Source: Eledone cirrhosa (lineage: Eukaryota). Taken from it: 64,000 bases of DNA. Position numbers and translations under genes: made by a program. Below are positions 1 to 13,363 of this stretch, piece by piece (positions within the stretch are counted from its first letter, which is position 1; every line of letters begins with the position of its first letter). The stretch is taken from the NCBI GenBank assembly GCA_964016885.1, contig OZ024743.1, positions 149,544,001-149,608,000 of the forward strand, given 5' to 3'. The notes beneath the pieces are model-generated. The model did not search any database. It saw nothing but the letters and a program-made list of their open reading frames with translations, and was not told the DNA's origin.

Positions 1-31
1 CTTACTTATTCTCGGCAAAAACAACAGAGAT

Positions 32-79
32 CGGCCGACAGACAGTCTGTTTCTCGCTTGTGAGCGTTTATCAAGACCG
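32..79 (-). ncRNA. Degenerate type I hammerhead ribozyme motif (Penelope/retrozyme-like)
   Basis: Minus strand reads CGGTC-TTGATAA-A-CGC-tcacaa-GCG-A-GAAA-CAGACtGTCTG-TC-GGCCG: stem I, CUGAUGA-like core with 2 mismatches, stem II, GAAA, near-palindromic stem III and a GUC cleavage triplet. Enclosed by a perfect 12-bp inverted repeat (8-19 / 94-105). Confidence 0.65.
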
Positions 80-2089
80 CACACTCAGTTACCTTTGCCG
101 AGAATGATAGAGGCTGGATTCTTATAGAATTCCAGTAATAATCAGGAGCAGATTAAACAGCGATTGCCGGTCCAGCAATACCTAATATAAATATATAAGA
201 AACCAAATTAAGCAAGTGGCAAAAATATTCACAAATTTCTATAATATTCCAAATAGGAATTTATCAAATAGCGTTCATTCAATGGCGTGGTTAACAGATC
301 GTCTGCTAATAAATTTCATTGTTGATATGACAGATGTCAATGCAATGTGTAATATTACAAAGTGAACATAAGTTGACAAGGAGACACTACAATGTTTCAC
401 GATATGCTTGAAATAGCAGCCATATCTCTCTCATAGTCAAAGTATGGATAGCTGCAGATGGAATGCTTTTCATAATAAGGTCTGCTCTATCAAGGTTTTT
501 TTTTGTGTGTGTGTAACGAAAATTTAGGGGTAAATGGTTAATTGAGTGGAACAAAGAATGGAATAAAATTGGTTTTCAAAGTAATACAAATTATTTGCTT
601 GAATAGCTAAAATAATAGCAACTTTATTGTCATGATTAAAAACAAATAGTTCGTAAAATAATAGCAAATGGTGGAATAATAATACTTTTAATTGAATTTG
701 GGAAAATATATATTTTGCAAAAAAGTAATCTTATATATTAAAACGCATAATAATTTTTTTTTAATTTTCCATAAAAGAAAAAAAGCATTACGACCGTTTG
801 TTTACTTACTTGGAAATAGATATTTACTGGTGGTGATGTGAGAAAAAAAAGATAACGAAGAGTTCTGTTTATATAGAGTCCAAAATTTAACATTTCGTTT
901 CTTACATAATGTATTGAAGGCTACATTGGCCACTATGTCATTTATTTCCCAAAACGCTGAGATGTGGTTGATTTAAAGGTTATTTGACTGCTATTTTTAG
1001 TACATGAAATAATCACGTAGAAGCACATTTGTTGACTTACGTAATTGTTTGTATAAGTTCACTCTTCAGAAATAAAGGAAAATTTACTAATCCCTATCTC
1101 TGCTATTGATGTCGTTGATTCAATGTCAAGAGTTAAAATTCCAGGAGGAATTATAACGAATTTATAGTGAACTGTTGTGACTAAGATTTTCTATTTACTT
1201 AATTCATTGTATTTTTGAAAAAATTCATATTATAGAAACATTATCCGTGAAAACTTTTGATGTGCAGACATTATTTCATGTTTCCGATTCACATTCGAAC
1301 CTTTTAATTTCTCTTAATGGTGTTCTTTGTCAAGGTAGGGATTACATATTCATCGCTTCGCTCTATTTATCTTTAGCTTCATACTTATATAACAATTATA
1401 CATATATTTTAAATATTCCACTTAGCAAACAAATGTCAGTGACTAATAGTAACCAATACCGTATCAAATACGTAAAACCAAGTAATTTTATTTATGGAAT
1501 ATACAAAACTAACAACTTTTCACCACATTGTTTATCTGATTTAATCAATTTTCTTGTTGATTTTCTTTTTTTCAACAAGTGGACTACATCTAGCAACTGG
1601 TTTGCTAACGGTTTCATTAAAATTAATAAAGTATTAACGCTCGTGAAAAAATACAATTAAATTTTTGAAAAAAATACCCATAAAAGGGATAAATTCTTAA
1701 CAAATTTCTACGATATTCGAAATAGGAATTTATCGAATACGTTCGTTGAATGACGTGGTAAACAGATCGTCTGCTAATAAATTTCATTGTTTATATGACA
1801 TGAAATAACACAGATATCAATGTGTAATATTACAAACTTGAACGCGAGTCAACGAGGAGGCCACTATAATGTTTCTCGGCCTTCTTGAAATAGCAGTCAA
1901 ATTGCCTTCATATTATAGTCTGTCTAAAAAGAAAATGAAAATATGGATGGTCACAGTTTCACCATAAGGCCTGCTCTATCAAGGTTGACATAGAGTTACG
2001 CAGCTGAACGAAACAAGTAACGAAGATATAGGGATTAAATGGATGAGTGGAACAAATAAGTGAATTTAAATGGTTTTCAAAGTAATATA

Positions 2090-2277
2090 AAATAATTGTT
2101 TCTACTTTTGGCACAAGGCCAGCAATTACCCAGTGCATTACTGGTACTTTATTTTATCGACCCCGTAAGGATGAAAGGCAAAGTTAACCTCGGCGGGATT
2201 TGAACTCAGACCGTAAAGGGACGTAACTATGCTGGAAAGCATGGCGTCCGACTCTCTACCAATACTGCCAATCCACA
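2090..2277 (-). mobile_element. Young tRNA-derived SINE (family A, Meta-like central domain)
   Basis: Reverse complement has A box TGGCAGTATTGG, B box GAGTTCAAATCCC, core GCCTTTCATCCTTACGGGGTCGATAAAATAAAGTACCAG and tail GTAGAAACAATTATT; many near-identical copies in the window. Confidence 0.9.
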
Positions 2278-2415
2278 ATGACAACTTATAGATATAATAA
2301 TAAGTAACGCATAAAACAGCAGATTGGCGGAATTTCGGAATAACCGCCTCCATAGTAAATTTTAATTGAATTTGTGGAAAAAAGGTTTTTCTTTCTTTTA
2401 TTATTATTATTTTTA

Positions 2416-2617
2416 GGGCGGTGGATTGGCAGTATCGGTAGCGGGTCGGACGCCATGCTTTCACGCATAGAGTTACGGCTCTTGCTATTCTGAGTTCAAA
2501 TCTCGCCGAGGTTAACTTTGCCTTTCATCCTTATGGAGTCGATAAAATAAAGTACCAGTAATGCACTGGGTAATTGCTGGCCTTGTGCCAAAAGTAGAAA
2601 CAATTATTATTATTATT
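2416..2617 (+). mobile_element. Young tRNA-derived SINE (family A), full length
   Basis: GGCGGTGGATTGGCAGTATCGG head, GAGTTCAAATC B box, shared core, (ATT)n tail. Confidence 0.9.
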
Positions 2618-2728
2618 AGTTTGTTGGCAGAACCTTAATCTGGTGTTTCAAATATATTAAAATACATAATTTTGATAAAAAGAAATATTGTGAAACAAGT
2701 AAAAGATTTCCGTGACAATATTAATATT

Positions 2729-2778
<50 letters not shown>

Positions 2779-3447
2779 ATCCGAAGATAGTTTCGAAAAA
2801 CCTAATAACGGAGGTGTCGGTGTGTACATTTTGAAGTTACGCATATTTTCTTATATATTGTATTGTGGGCACCATCACACAGTGTCATTCATTTTTTAAA
2901 ATGTAATTTCAAGGAAATCATACTGTTAATTCTAGCCGATTAACTGACCACAGGGATGGTAAAAACACTTATGAGGTTACACTTCTGAGGTAGAGAAACA
3001 TTTACCATTTTTCATTAACTTAATCATAGGGTTGTTTCAATGTTTGCTGTCTAATTGTTACGAGGAATTTTAATTCTACACTTTTTTGCTTAGTTTAGAC
3101 CGCTAAGACTTAGTATTTACTTAATTTATTGTATTTTTGAGGAATATTGAATTCCAAGTGAATATTCACATCATATGATGTGAAAATAATCTGTAAAATT
3201 TCCTGATGTATAAACCAACATCTTCACATTTCAATGTTACTGTTAGAACCATTTGATTTATTTCAATGATGGTTCCTTGGAAAGGTAGGAATTTTATATT
3301 CATCGTATTTCTCAGTTAATTATTTAGCTCCATAATTAAATAGCAAATTATTTATATTTTAAATATTCTTAGGGGGAATTTGTATTTTATCGCTGCTGTC
3401 GTTGACCAGAACTATTACCAAAGGCATTTCTACCATGACCTCCCCTC

Positions 3448-3484
<37 letters not shown>

Positions 3485-4129
3485 GGTGGGGTCCTTTAGA
3501 TATATTAGGTAAATAAAATAAAACTGAATGGAACCTGCAAGTCTTATCACAGCCTTAGGCAAAATACTTTTCTGAGACTCATATCTTTGTTGAGGTAATT
3601 TATTGGAGGGTGGCAAATGGTTAATGACTGCAAACAGTCAGTTGTGATAGAGCAGGTCGGTATCGAAAAAAATAAATACACCATTCACAAAATCTTGACG
3701 CATTTCGTACAAACTTTCGCTTGTTTCTTAGGACTAACTGACCCATGCTTGACTGCTATTGGCACGGAACCCTTCTCCACTTCGGTCTTTAAAGATCACA
3801 CTCGAATAGGCACCCCAGATCAACAGTGGTAAACTACTAGGGTAGATGGAGAAATGGGTGACATCTGTAGCTCACAAGAAAACACAACCCAGTGATGTAA
3901 CTATGAGGAGGAAAGTAAAGGTGCCTTAAAAAAAACTAGTCTTCGCAGGTTTCAGAAAATACCAGATTGGGGACTGGCGCAAATAAGATCACCAAAAACT
4001 GCAATATGGTGAGAGGCATGAAAAATAATTATACTACATTCTCCTTCATGCAAGTTAACAAGGTATGTGTTCAGGCCTTAGGTAGAGGGACCTGTTTGAA
4101 AATTATATTGCATTTTCAATTTCTTGCCG

Positions 4130-4750
4130 CAAAAACTGGTGATGGGCCTGCGATCTGTCCTGGGAGGAGTGGGATGGATGTACAAAAATTGTGTATCCTG
4201 AGACCCCAAAGAGGGTTCAGAAGGGAGCAAACGATGACAATTTGAATCTGGAACATAATAACCCTGAGAGATAAGGAGAAGGAACTAATGGAGGAGGCTA
4301 GATGCTACCAGCTAGATATAGTTGGGGTTTCTTCAAAAAAGTCCCTGGCCCTGGTACTGTAGATTTCGATGGAGGAGGGAAAATCCACTATTCAGGTGTG
4401 GTGCCAGAAATGACTGTACAGGTGGGATTAGGGATAATCACAAGCAGCAGGTCTTCGAGATATCATAGTAGTATTACCAAGAAGTATATTCTTGTTTTGT
4501 AGACTTTAAAAAGGCATATAACTGCATTCCTTGGGACCTGCTGTGGAAGTTTTTGCAGGAGTATGGGATCGATAGTCAGCTTCTTTCTGCCCTGATGTCT
4601 CAATTCAAATGCCTGAGTATTTGTGTTCAGATAAATGGTGTTGAATGGAAACCATTCAATGTGGGAGTCAGACTTCCCCAAGGGTGGGTACTGTCATCTC
4701 TCTTGTTCATCATTTTCATGAACAGGATTGACATGCGCAGCCATATATAT
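4130..4750 (+). mobile_element. Decayed, internally deleted RTE-clade LINE (APE N-terminus joined to RT fragment)
   Basis: KEKELMEEARCYQLDIVGVS-like endonuclease start near 4270-4330, then RT motif WKPFNVGVRLPQGWVLSSLLFIIFMNRID in ORF 4553-4891. Confidence 0.7.
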
Positions 4751-5705
4751 AGGATTACATTGGCCAATATGTTCCATTTTTTTTTAAGGCCAGCAGAGTG
4801 TGATTTGAAGGAATTTGGCTGTTATTTCCAGCAGGTTGTTGACTTGGACATACTTGTTGTTGAAAGGCAAGAAAAGAAATTCGTTTGCTAAGTTATTTTA
4901 TTATTGATACACCATCATGTTCATTGTTTTAACATCCACTTTTCTGTGATTACATGGTTTGGATGAAATGTTTTGAGACTATAATACAGCTAGATGCTGT
5001 TCCTGATTCCAACCATTTTAGTCACCATTTATGATATGTAGTATTATGGTGAACCTATTTTAAAAACCACGATACATACATGAAATAAAAAAAAAATAAT
5101 AATCTAATGGAAATAACTTATTTGTCTAGATTTATGCTATTGGCAACTTCATAAATCTGTTAAGCCATTTCATAGACACAATGCAAGTAAAAGCACTATA
5201 TAAAATATCTGGAAATAACAACATGTTGTCTGTGGATTACCATATTGAAGTGGATGAAGAATAAGGTAGGTACTGACACATTTTTTTTCTACTACTGAAA
5301 ATTGTTGATTATATAATACTGCCTCCATCTCGCAATCAATTTCATGACTAATATTTTCCTAAAATTTAGTCATTTGTCTCTTACCATTTACCCATGAAAT
5401 ACAATACAATACAATACAATACATACTCTTGCTATTTACCCATGAAATACAATACAATAAAAAATAAAATAAATAAAAATAAAAAAAATAACTGAATTTA
5501 TAAAACATCGAAACAGAAAAGGGGAATTTACTGAAAGTAAAAATGGAATTAAAGAATATTTGAAATGGAAAATTTGTCCTACATTTAGTACTAATTCACA
5601 AATCCCACTTATTATCATATATCTATTCATTTTGATAAAAAAAAAAAAAGCAGCCTATCAGCTTTATTGCTGGTTAACATTAAAACACTCCTCACCTCAT
5701 CTCAC

Positions 5706-5836
5706 TTGTGGCCCACTATGCCTCTCCTCCAGATTTAATGACCCTTTTGAGTCCTTGAGTTTGACATAGTATATGTCTCTCTTCCTCGTGTTATTTTCTT
5801 TATTTCATCTTTGACATAATTTCTCAATACTTGATC
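5706..5836 (-). pseudogene. Exon-like segment with one in-frame stop
   Basis: Acceptor ctttttag and donor gtgaga; phase-1 reading SSIEKLCQR*NKENNTRKRDIYYVKLKDSKGSLNLEERHSGPQ. No homologue recognised. Confidence 0.3.
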
Positions 5837-6400
5837 CTAAAAAGTATTTCATATGGAGTTCATGCTTTTTCTTCAGCCACAATCTGTAAAAGTTCAAATT
5901 AGAATTTAAGAACGCCAACTCTCTCCAGTTATGTATAATTCTTAAACTAGGAAAACCTGAAGAAAGTATAATTATTCTTGCTACAAGTAAAATTTACATC
6001 TCACCTGGTCTATAAGAAAAGCTTTGTGCGAATGTTGCATTGCATGATACTCTACTTTTCTATTGTTTTATCCCTTTTTAATTAGATCCATTATTAGAGA
6101 GAATTTTTGTATGTGTTTGGATATATGTGTGATGTATTGGCAGTAATATACGATGTTACAATTGATGTAATGGACAGTACACACTATCTAATATGTCACT
6201 TCAACATGGTTGGATAAAGATTTGGGCTTTAGTTTACCATGTTAGTTCATTGATTAAATCGACCAGTATGTAATGGATAGTTTATTTTATTGACATTCAG
6301 AAGGATTAACTAAAAGCAAAGTTGTTTTCAGGGGAATTTGATCTCAGAATATAAAGAGCTGGAAAAAATGTTGCAATGTATTTTCTCTGATACTCTAATG

Positions 6401-6697
6401 CTGTGGTACTTAACCTGGGGTACCAGCACCCTCAAGAGGTGCAAGATTCAGTTCTTGAGGTGCAAGAAGAGGTCATGAAAAACAGCTTTTTTTCATTATA
6501 TCTTTCATTATTCAATATTTTGATTGGACATATTCTGTTATTTTCAAAAGATTGTATTTATTAGTCATATTAGTTAGTTAATTAAATAGTAGCAGCTAAC
6601 TTCAAGTTCTTTTGTCTTGTGTGCTAGATCTAGGGGTGTGGCATTGAATTTCAAAATCTCAAGGCGTGCCATGATAGAAAAAGGTTAAGAACCACTG
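6401..6697. mobile_element. Non-autonomous hAT (Charlie/Buster-type) MITE
   Basis: TIRs CTGTGGTACTTAACCT / AGGTTAAGAACCACTG; 8-bp TSD CTCTAATG / CACTAATG with central TA; inserted into an old SINE. Confidence 0.8.
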
Positions 6698-8589
6698 CAC
6701 TAATGATAATGCTAATCCATTTCTGTTTGTTGTTATGCATGACATTATGGTATATAAATTATTTAACATTCAACACTGTAACAATCTTCAATAATATACA
6801 ATAGACATGTTACCTTATAAATAGGCTAGGTATGCCCACTATTACAAAAATCTAGCTGATTTGACTGTTCAGTAAAAAACTGGCATGTTACAATTTCCTT
6901 TCAAGGTTTGTTCTTTTATTCTTGAAATATACCCTACTTAATAATTCTGCCTCTGAGTTCTGTTAAAAATGCCATCCACTTTTAAAATGACTTAGGCTCT
7001 GTGATGGAAGTTGACTTAATCACGTGATTAAAAGAATTGGTTATGCTGATAAGATATTAAACACTTTGATTGGCAAATATTAGTGGAGAATGCAGTTCTT
7101 CTGCTGAGAAATCCTTGTTCATTATTATTAGAGTTCTGAAAATAAAGAATCTTTTGTTTATTGTTTGTTCATATTTCAAACAGAAGATATGGGTTACATT
7201 TTTTCTGGGTCGATTATATGTGGCATTATTTTAACTTCCACACAACAGATCTAAAATTAATTGTTTAAAGTTTAGAAATATTGCACAAAAATGAAAATAT
7301 AAGACATCCAAATACTAATAAAACAGTAAAAGAATCATCATTGCCATAATTTCTGTGTTAACTTTCCATCCTCGCATGGGTTGAATGTGTCATCACTGTC
7401 TGAGATAGGAGAGGTTGGATAACTATATCTTGCTTAGACATTCCATATTATAGCCTGGTTTCTATATCTGGATGCCTTTCCTAATGTCAACCACTTGGCA
7501 TAATATGCTTGGATAATTTTATTGCGAGGTTAAGATACCAAAATCCTGGGGTAAGAAATATGAAATGATGCATTGGCAGCTTTATCCATTGCTGAGAATA
7601 AAAACTATATTCACCATGTTGTGAATCATGGGGGAAAACTTCATAGACCCCATATATGTGTTAACATATAGTAAATGGAAATATACCAGATTCACTGATC
7701 ATGAAGGATTGCCATGTATCCAATGAAAAACATACTGAAGATAATTTAAATATTGTCAATTTAATGACGATGTGTTTCAAGAATTTTTGAGAAAATGAAA
7801 TCATTAAAAATAAAATTATTTCTGGTCTCAGATATTATTCAAATTTCTCAAAATGATATTTGTTTTGTGATTGGGAACATAAATGGATTTGTGTGAGGTC
7901 GAAAGCAATCAATGCTTGTATGTTCTTAATATATTTACTCTTTTGAAATGCTATAGTTTGTTAATAAATTAAATTGATTTTATCATTTGTCTTGCTGAAT
8001 TGTGTAAGAAAGAATTGATAAGGAACAAATGATAGGAGATTAGCTCAATTTTGAAAAAAATGACAGGCATACTGATGTAAAAATGATTTTTCACATTAGC
8101 ACAAAGCTATAAACTTGCAGCAACGGGGCATGATTGATTGGATTGATCTCAGTACATGACTGGTACATATTCAAACCTTGTTAAGATGTAAACCCAGAAT
8201 GTAAAGAGACATATTTGATTGAATACCTCAAAATATTTTTATTTTGCTTGTATAATAGTAACAGATTCTCAATATAGACACAAACACAAATTTGGAGAGG
8301 AGGAACATTCAAATAAACTGAGTCAGTAATAAATTCGTACTCTAACAGTGATTTCTTAGATAGGCATAAGGCCAGAAATTTGGTGTAAGAAATAATTGTT
8401 TATACCAACCTAAGTACTTGACTGATTGTTTATTTTAATCACTTCATATGTTTGAAAGGCAAAGTTGATCTGGGTAGGATTTGAACACAATGTAAATTGT
8501 AATTAAATACTATATGATGTTGAAGATAACGGTTGGGAAGTGTTAGTGGAGTTGGGGGCATGAGGGTAGGTCAGGCCACATTGTGTGTT

Positions 8590-10290
8590 GAACATCAGGT
8601 CTTCCTCAACACTGCATAGCATCATCCTTCATGGTCTTTAGTAATTTCTGTTGTGAGGTTTAATTTTTTAATGTTGGTTTTCACAACTTCCTCCCATGTC
8701 TTCCTCATCCATGGATCCCAGACATTGGGGCTTCTCTGCATTTCTTTTTGTAACTGCTATCTTCCATGCACAATACATGTCCATACTAATGCAGTCTTCT
8801 CTCTTGCACACTACATCCAATTCCTTTTATGCCAAGTTTTTTTTTTCCTCAGTTTGCTTATGCTATGTCACTCATGCACACTTGCATTACACACTCATTG
8901 GAGCATACTCGACTCATTTCTTTCTAGCCTCCACAGGTCTTCTGCAGTCAAGGCCTATGTTTCACTGCCATGTAGCATAGCAGTCCCTCAGTAGGGTCTG
9001 CATGGGGTAGGCCCTAGCTGTCCCATTCATTTTCCTCATTCAGCAGTCTCTCATAGTATGTCTTACATGCATCCTTCTTTTGGCTTCAGATAGGGCAAAT
9101 GCTCCACCAGCAATTCAGACACACTTTTCTCCAACCACATCACGATCTAGCATACTGCCTTGCAATCCTGAATACTTCATGCTACTGATCTTCATGGCAC
9201 AGAATATGTACAAACTTCTTTTCTGCCTCTTCCCCACCAAATATACTTGGCATCTAGTCCCCTTGTTCTTATCTGGTATTGCTTTCTATCTCCTCCTTTC
9301 CTCCGTTTTCTCCAAGTTTGTCTTTTTATTTTAATGGCTTTTTCTACCTTGTCATTCTACCCTCCACCTTGGCGAGACCTTGCTCCAGCCACAGACTTGC
9401 CTTGTGGCTTCCAGCAGGTCATCCCAATTTTCCCGTCATATATCCCTAGCTCCTCTTCCTTACTGTCACAAGCATTAAGAAGAATTTGTTACCTACAGAA
9501 ATTTCACTCAGCTTCCATGTCTTCCTTCTCCAAACTGGCTTTTGTTTCTTGGTCCACCTAGCCCTTACTCTAAAGTCACTGACAACTAATCTATGTTGGG
9601 AGGTACATTCCTCCCCAGGGAAAGTCTTGGTATTTACAACCATTTGCTTGTCTCTTTGCCTGGCAAGGATGAAGTCTATTTTGCTTGAGTGCTTCGCTTA
9701 TTGGTAGGTTATCAGATGGTTGGCTGGTTTCTTGAAGGTTGTGTTACAGATCATTAAGTCAAGAGCATCACAGAACTCCAGAAGCCTAGTTCCCTCCTTG
9801 TTTCTTGTGCTATATCCCTACCCTCCATGTATGCCATGGAATTCTTCCTGATGTTTCTCATCTTGTCCATTGAAGTCACCAGCTGTGATCATAAGATTGT
9901 TGTCATCTATCATTGCAGTAGTCTGTGTAGGAGGGCCCCATATAAATGGTCTTTTTCATCAGCAAGCCTATCTTGTGGGGCATGTGAAAATAGTATAGTG
10001 GCTGTAGTATTGCCCAAGTCTAGTCTAAGTTTAATTATTCTATCATTCACTCTGACTACCTCAATTACCTGGTTTACCTATCTCTCAGTGAGGATCATTC
10101 CTACTCTGTCCATCCCATTTTTGGCACCCATCCAGAAGAATTTGTAGCGGTGTTCCTTGCCTGTAATGAATCTGGCTGAGGTATCCATCCACCTCACATC
10201 TTGCACACAGCACCCATCTACTTTCTAATATCTCCACAATCTCACTGCACTTACCTTTCATTTTTACGACATTTAGTGTGGCAAATCTAA
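8590..10290 (-). mobile_element. Decayed RTE LINE: APE endonuclease region joined to ORF C-terminus (RT core deleted)
   Basis: RFATLNVVKMKGKCSEIVEILESR (EN start), VVNTKTFPGEECTSQHRLVVSDFRV (EN end) and MLHGSET*ALTAEDLWRLERNE (C-terminus) on the minus strand. Confidence 0.85.
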
Positions 10291-12554
10291 CCCCCTGTGC
10301 TTGATGGGAAGAGGGTTGCATGGCTGTCTTTCTCTTTTGCTGGGTTTTAGGAGTAGAAATGCCACCTAACTGTTTGGTGATACTCAGGAGATTTATATGA
10401 ATGTCAGGTTCTTTCATGTTTTGTATTGTATTGTTTGACATACAAATGTATATAGTCATTCCCCATACCAGTGTCAACAGTAGCCACAACCCTTCACTAA
10501 GTCTTTTGTACACTAAATGATGTTTCTCATACAATACATATATATGATAGTGGTGAAGAGTGTGCGATGGAGGAGGAGGGCGGTACTGATTGGTGAGGGA
10601 GGATCCGTGGGGATTGGCGTCCATGGAAGCATTATACTCTAAAAACAGGTCTGTAATCTTATGCTAGGTGTAGTGCTGGGAATCATTTTAGTAGGGTTTA
10701 GTTTAAAGAATCTAGAAATTTTCACACTCAAGTAACATTTTACATGCTATTTACTCAATAATGTGCTTGTGTGTGTGTATGTGTGCATGTGTGCATGTGT
10801 GCATCCATTTATGGGTATGTGTGTGTTTGTTTTAGTTAGGCTTTCAGTTTCAAGCCCTGAACCAGGTTTTGTAGATAAGTTGCATACGGATTTTTGCACC
10901 CTAATTTTTAGTAAAGAAACTGTCGCTGATCTACGAATATATATGATAGTAGTCACAAAGCCACACATTTTATAGGACATGTAGTCAATTAGATTAACTG
11001 GACTGGACTGATACTTAATTTTATCAATTTTGGAAGAATGAAAAACAACGTTGCCTTCTTTGTGATTTGAGATAATTTAAAACTTGGTAGCACAAGGAAA
11101 CAATTTTTAGAAGAGTATATATTTTGCATTAATATCTCTATAACACTTGGAATTTATCAATTCTAAACTTAATATTATATAATATTTAATATACGTTTCT
11201 AACTGTCCTTCTCTGTCAGTCAGTAATAATATCTTACCTTAACAAAAAACAAGAAACTTTAGGGGGAAGGTATAGAAAATAAAATGATAGGTTTTAGTTA
11301 ATTGAAGCAAATTTTGTATATGACAGTTGATTTAAAAAAAAAATTATTCTAAATTGACTTTGGTGGGATTTGAACTGAAAACAGGATGTAGGAAACATGA
11401 AATGTAAATTCCTTGGTCATGCACTCCACAGTTGATGCCAATTCAAATAAAACAAGTTAAGTATATTAATTTATACGGATTGTTAGATTTACTCACAATT
11501 TAACCATGTTTCCAGTTCTGATAAAGCAGGATTCTAAATCTAGGGTCCAATTAGCTGAAATCTTCCCCCATAGTTGTTATATTCAATAAACAAATATTTA
11601 TATGTATATATGAATACATGTGTATGTGAGTGCAGGGTGGGATATAACTGAAATCTATATCTAAAATAAGATTATGATATTTACTCTCGATAATGTTAAC
11701 TCAGGGGGTGTCACAGATGTTGGAGTTATTTTTTATTTTCTCTTTTTCATTGTTATATATTTTTTTCAATTCTTTTCTTTTTTTGATACATTTTTTTCCA
11801 AAATTTTTGTTTCCTATTTGCTGTTGGAAGTGATGGTGGTGGTGGTGGTTGTGGTGGTGATGGTTGTGGTGGTGGTGTTGGTGTTTTCTCTCATCTTCTC
11901 GCCTGTCTTTACACTAATAATTGGTTCCCCCCAAAGCTTGCTTGTACTTACCACCTGTATGGTTCACACATGTAAATATAGAGTAAATTTCCTTCTCATT
12001 ACTTTACACTTCTTTTGCATGCATGTATCAACATAAACACACAAATCCATATAGTTATGTGTTCACTCATATAGATATATACACACACACAAATACACAT
12101 GCACATAGTCTACTTGCCAATATCAGCAATTCTAAGCCAAGATCGTTTTCTCTTTTATTGAGTCTGATGTTTCTTTAATCAGTTCTGATCTTGTAAAAAA
12201 AAATAAAACGTATATATTAACTTCTACTGTTGACACTTCTATTTTACTGCATAAATGGGTAGCTGTTATATTATGGTATATTTTCTTAAGGTACTCTTGG
12301 ATTAGAATAACTTTCCTAAGTGGTACTTAAATAAAGTACTATTAACTGGGGTATCACGTATCAAGAAATTTTTTGCAATGCTTTTATAATCGTTTTCAGG
12401 GTACATTTAGTAGCTATAACAAATTTACAAACATATTTGATTCTCTTGAGATAGCATTTTAAATATGAATATAGACAAATACAGTTTAACAAAAAATATT
12501 CTAAATAGAAATAATATATTTCATTCAAACAGAAATCATAAAACATTATTATTA

Positions 12555-12678
12555 TGAGTTCAAATCCCGCCGAGGTTGACTTTGCCTTTCATCCTTACGG
12601 GGTCGATAAAATAAAGTACCAGCAATGCACTGAGTAATTGCTGGCCTTGTGCCTAAAGTAGAAACAATTATTATTATG
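12555..12678 (+). mobile_element. 5'-truncated SINE family A
   Basis: B box to tail, flanked by ATTATTATTATG on both sides (possible TSD). Confidence 0.85.
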
Positions 12679-12694
12679 TACAATGAATATCTAT

Positions 12695-13363
12695 TTCTCC
12701 CCCCTAAAATGAAGGGCAGATTGTATGATGCATGTATATGAATAGCAATGTTGTATGGTAGTGAGACCTGGGTACTGTGTGCAGAAGACCTGCGAAGATT
12801 GAAAAGAAATGAGTCTGCATGCTTCAATTGATGTGTAAAAGTAATATTCACAAATGGCAAAGTGTAGATGAACTAAGAGAAAAATTGGGCATAAGTGGGA
12901 TCAGATGCAGTATGCTAGAGAGGAGATTGCATTGGTATGGTCACGCGATGCATATGAAGGATGACAGCTGTATAAAAAGGTGCAGGGCAATCAAAGTTGA
13001 CGGAAGCTATGGAGCAGGAAGACACAGGAAGACCTGGGATAAGGTGATAAAAGCTGACCTCTCAAAAACAATGACACAGAATGACACCTTTGGCCTTACC
13101 ATATGCATGGAGATCTAGTTGGTACCTCTTAACTTTCCTTATACCTCCCCATCTCTATACCAACCCAAACATTTCTGTTCACACCATCCCTACACTGTAA
13201 AGTGGTTGTGTAGGTGTCACAACAAAAAGCATCCAGCACATACTGTAAAGTGATCATGTGGGAATTATGTGTGAGCAAGTCATGGTTAGCTGACCCAATT
13301 TGCCTCAAACGAGACAACCTATCTAACCCATGCTAGCATGGAAAACGGATTAAATGATGATGA

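Larger units (their letters stand above)
225..3368. repeat. Old tandem segmental duplication (copy 1 ~225-1420; copy 2 ~1695-3368, with two SINEs inserted)
   Basis: Collinear shared blocks such as AACAGATCGTCTGCTAATAAATTTCATTGT (~293 and ~1761), TATTTACTTAATT.ATTGTATTTTTGA (~1192 and ~3113) and TATATTTTAAATATTC (~1403 and ~3353). Confidence 0.75.

Noticed and set aside
1247-1660. 137-aa ORF
   Set aside because: GTG start, composition of AT-rich non-coding DNA, no recognisable domain.
5130-5265. Plus-strand exon-like segment (ctag...AAG|gtaggt)
   Set aside because: Stops in all three frames; only a non-coding exon is possible and nothing supports it.
5386-5460. Short local tandem duplications (also ~13995-14042 and ~47656-47701)
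   Set aside because: Ordinary 20-25 bp slippage duplications.
11674-12036. Plus-strand hydrophobic poly-Val ORF
   Set aside because: Product of a (GGT)n repeat and T-rich sequence; the opposite strand is more coding-like.
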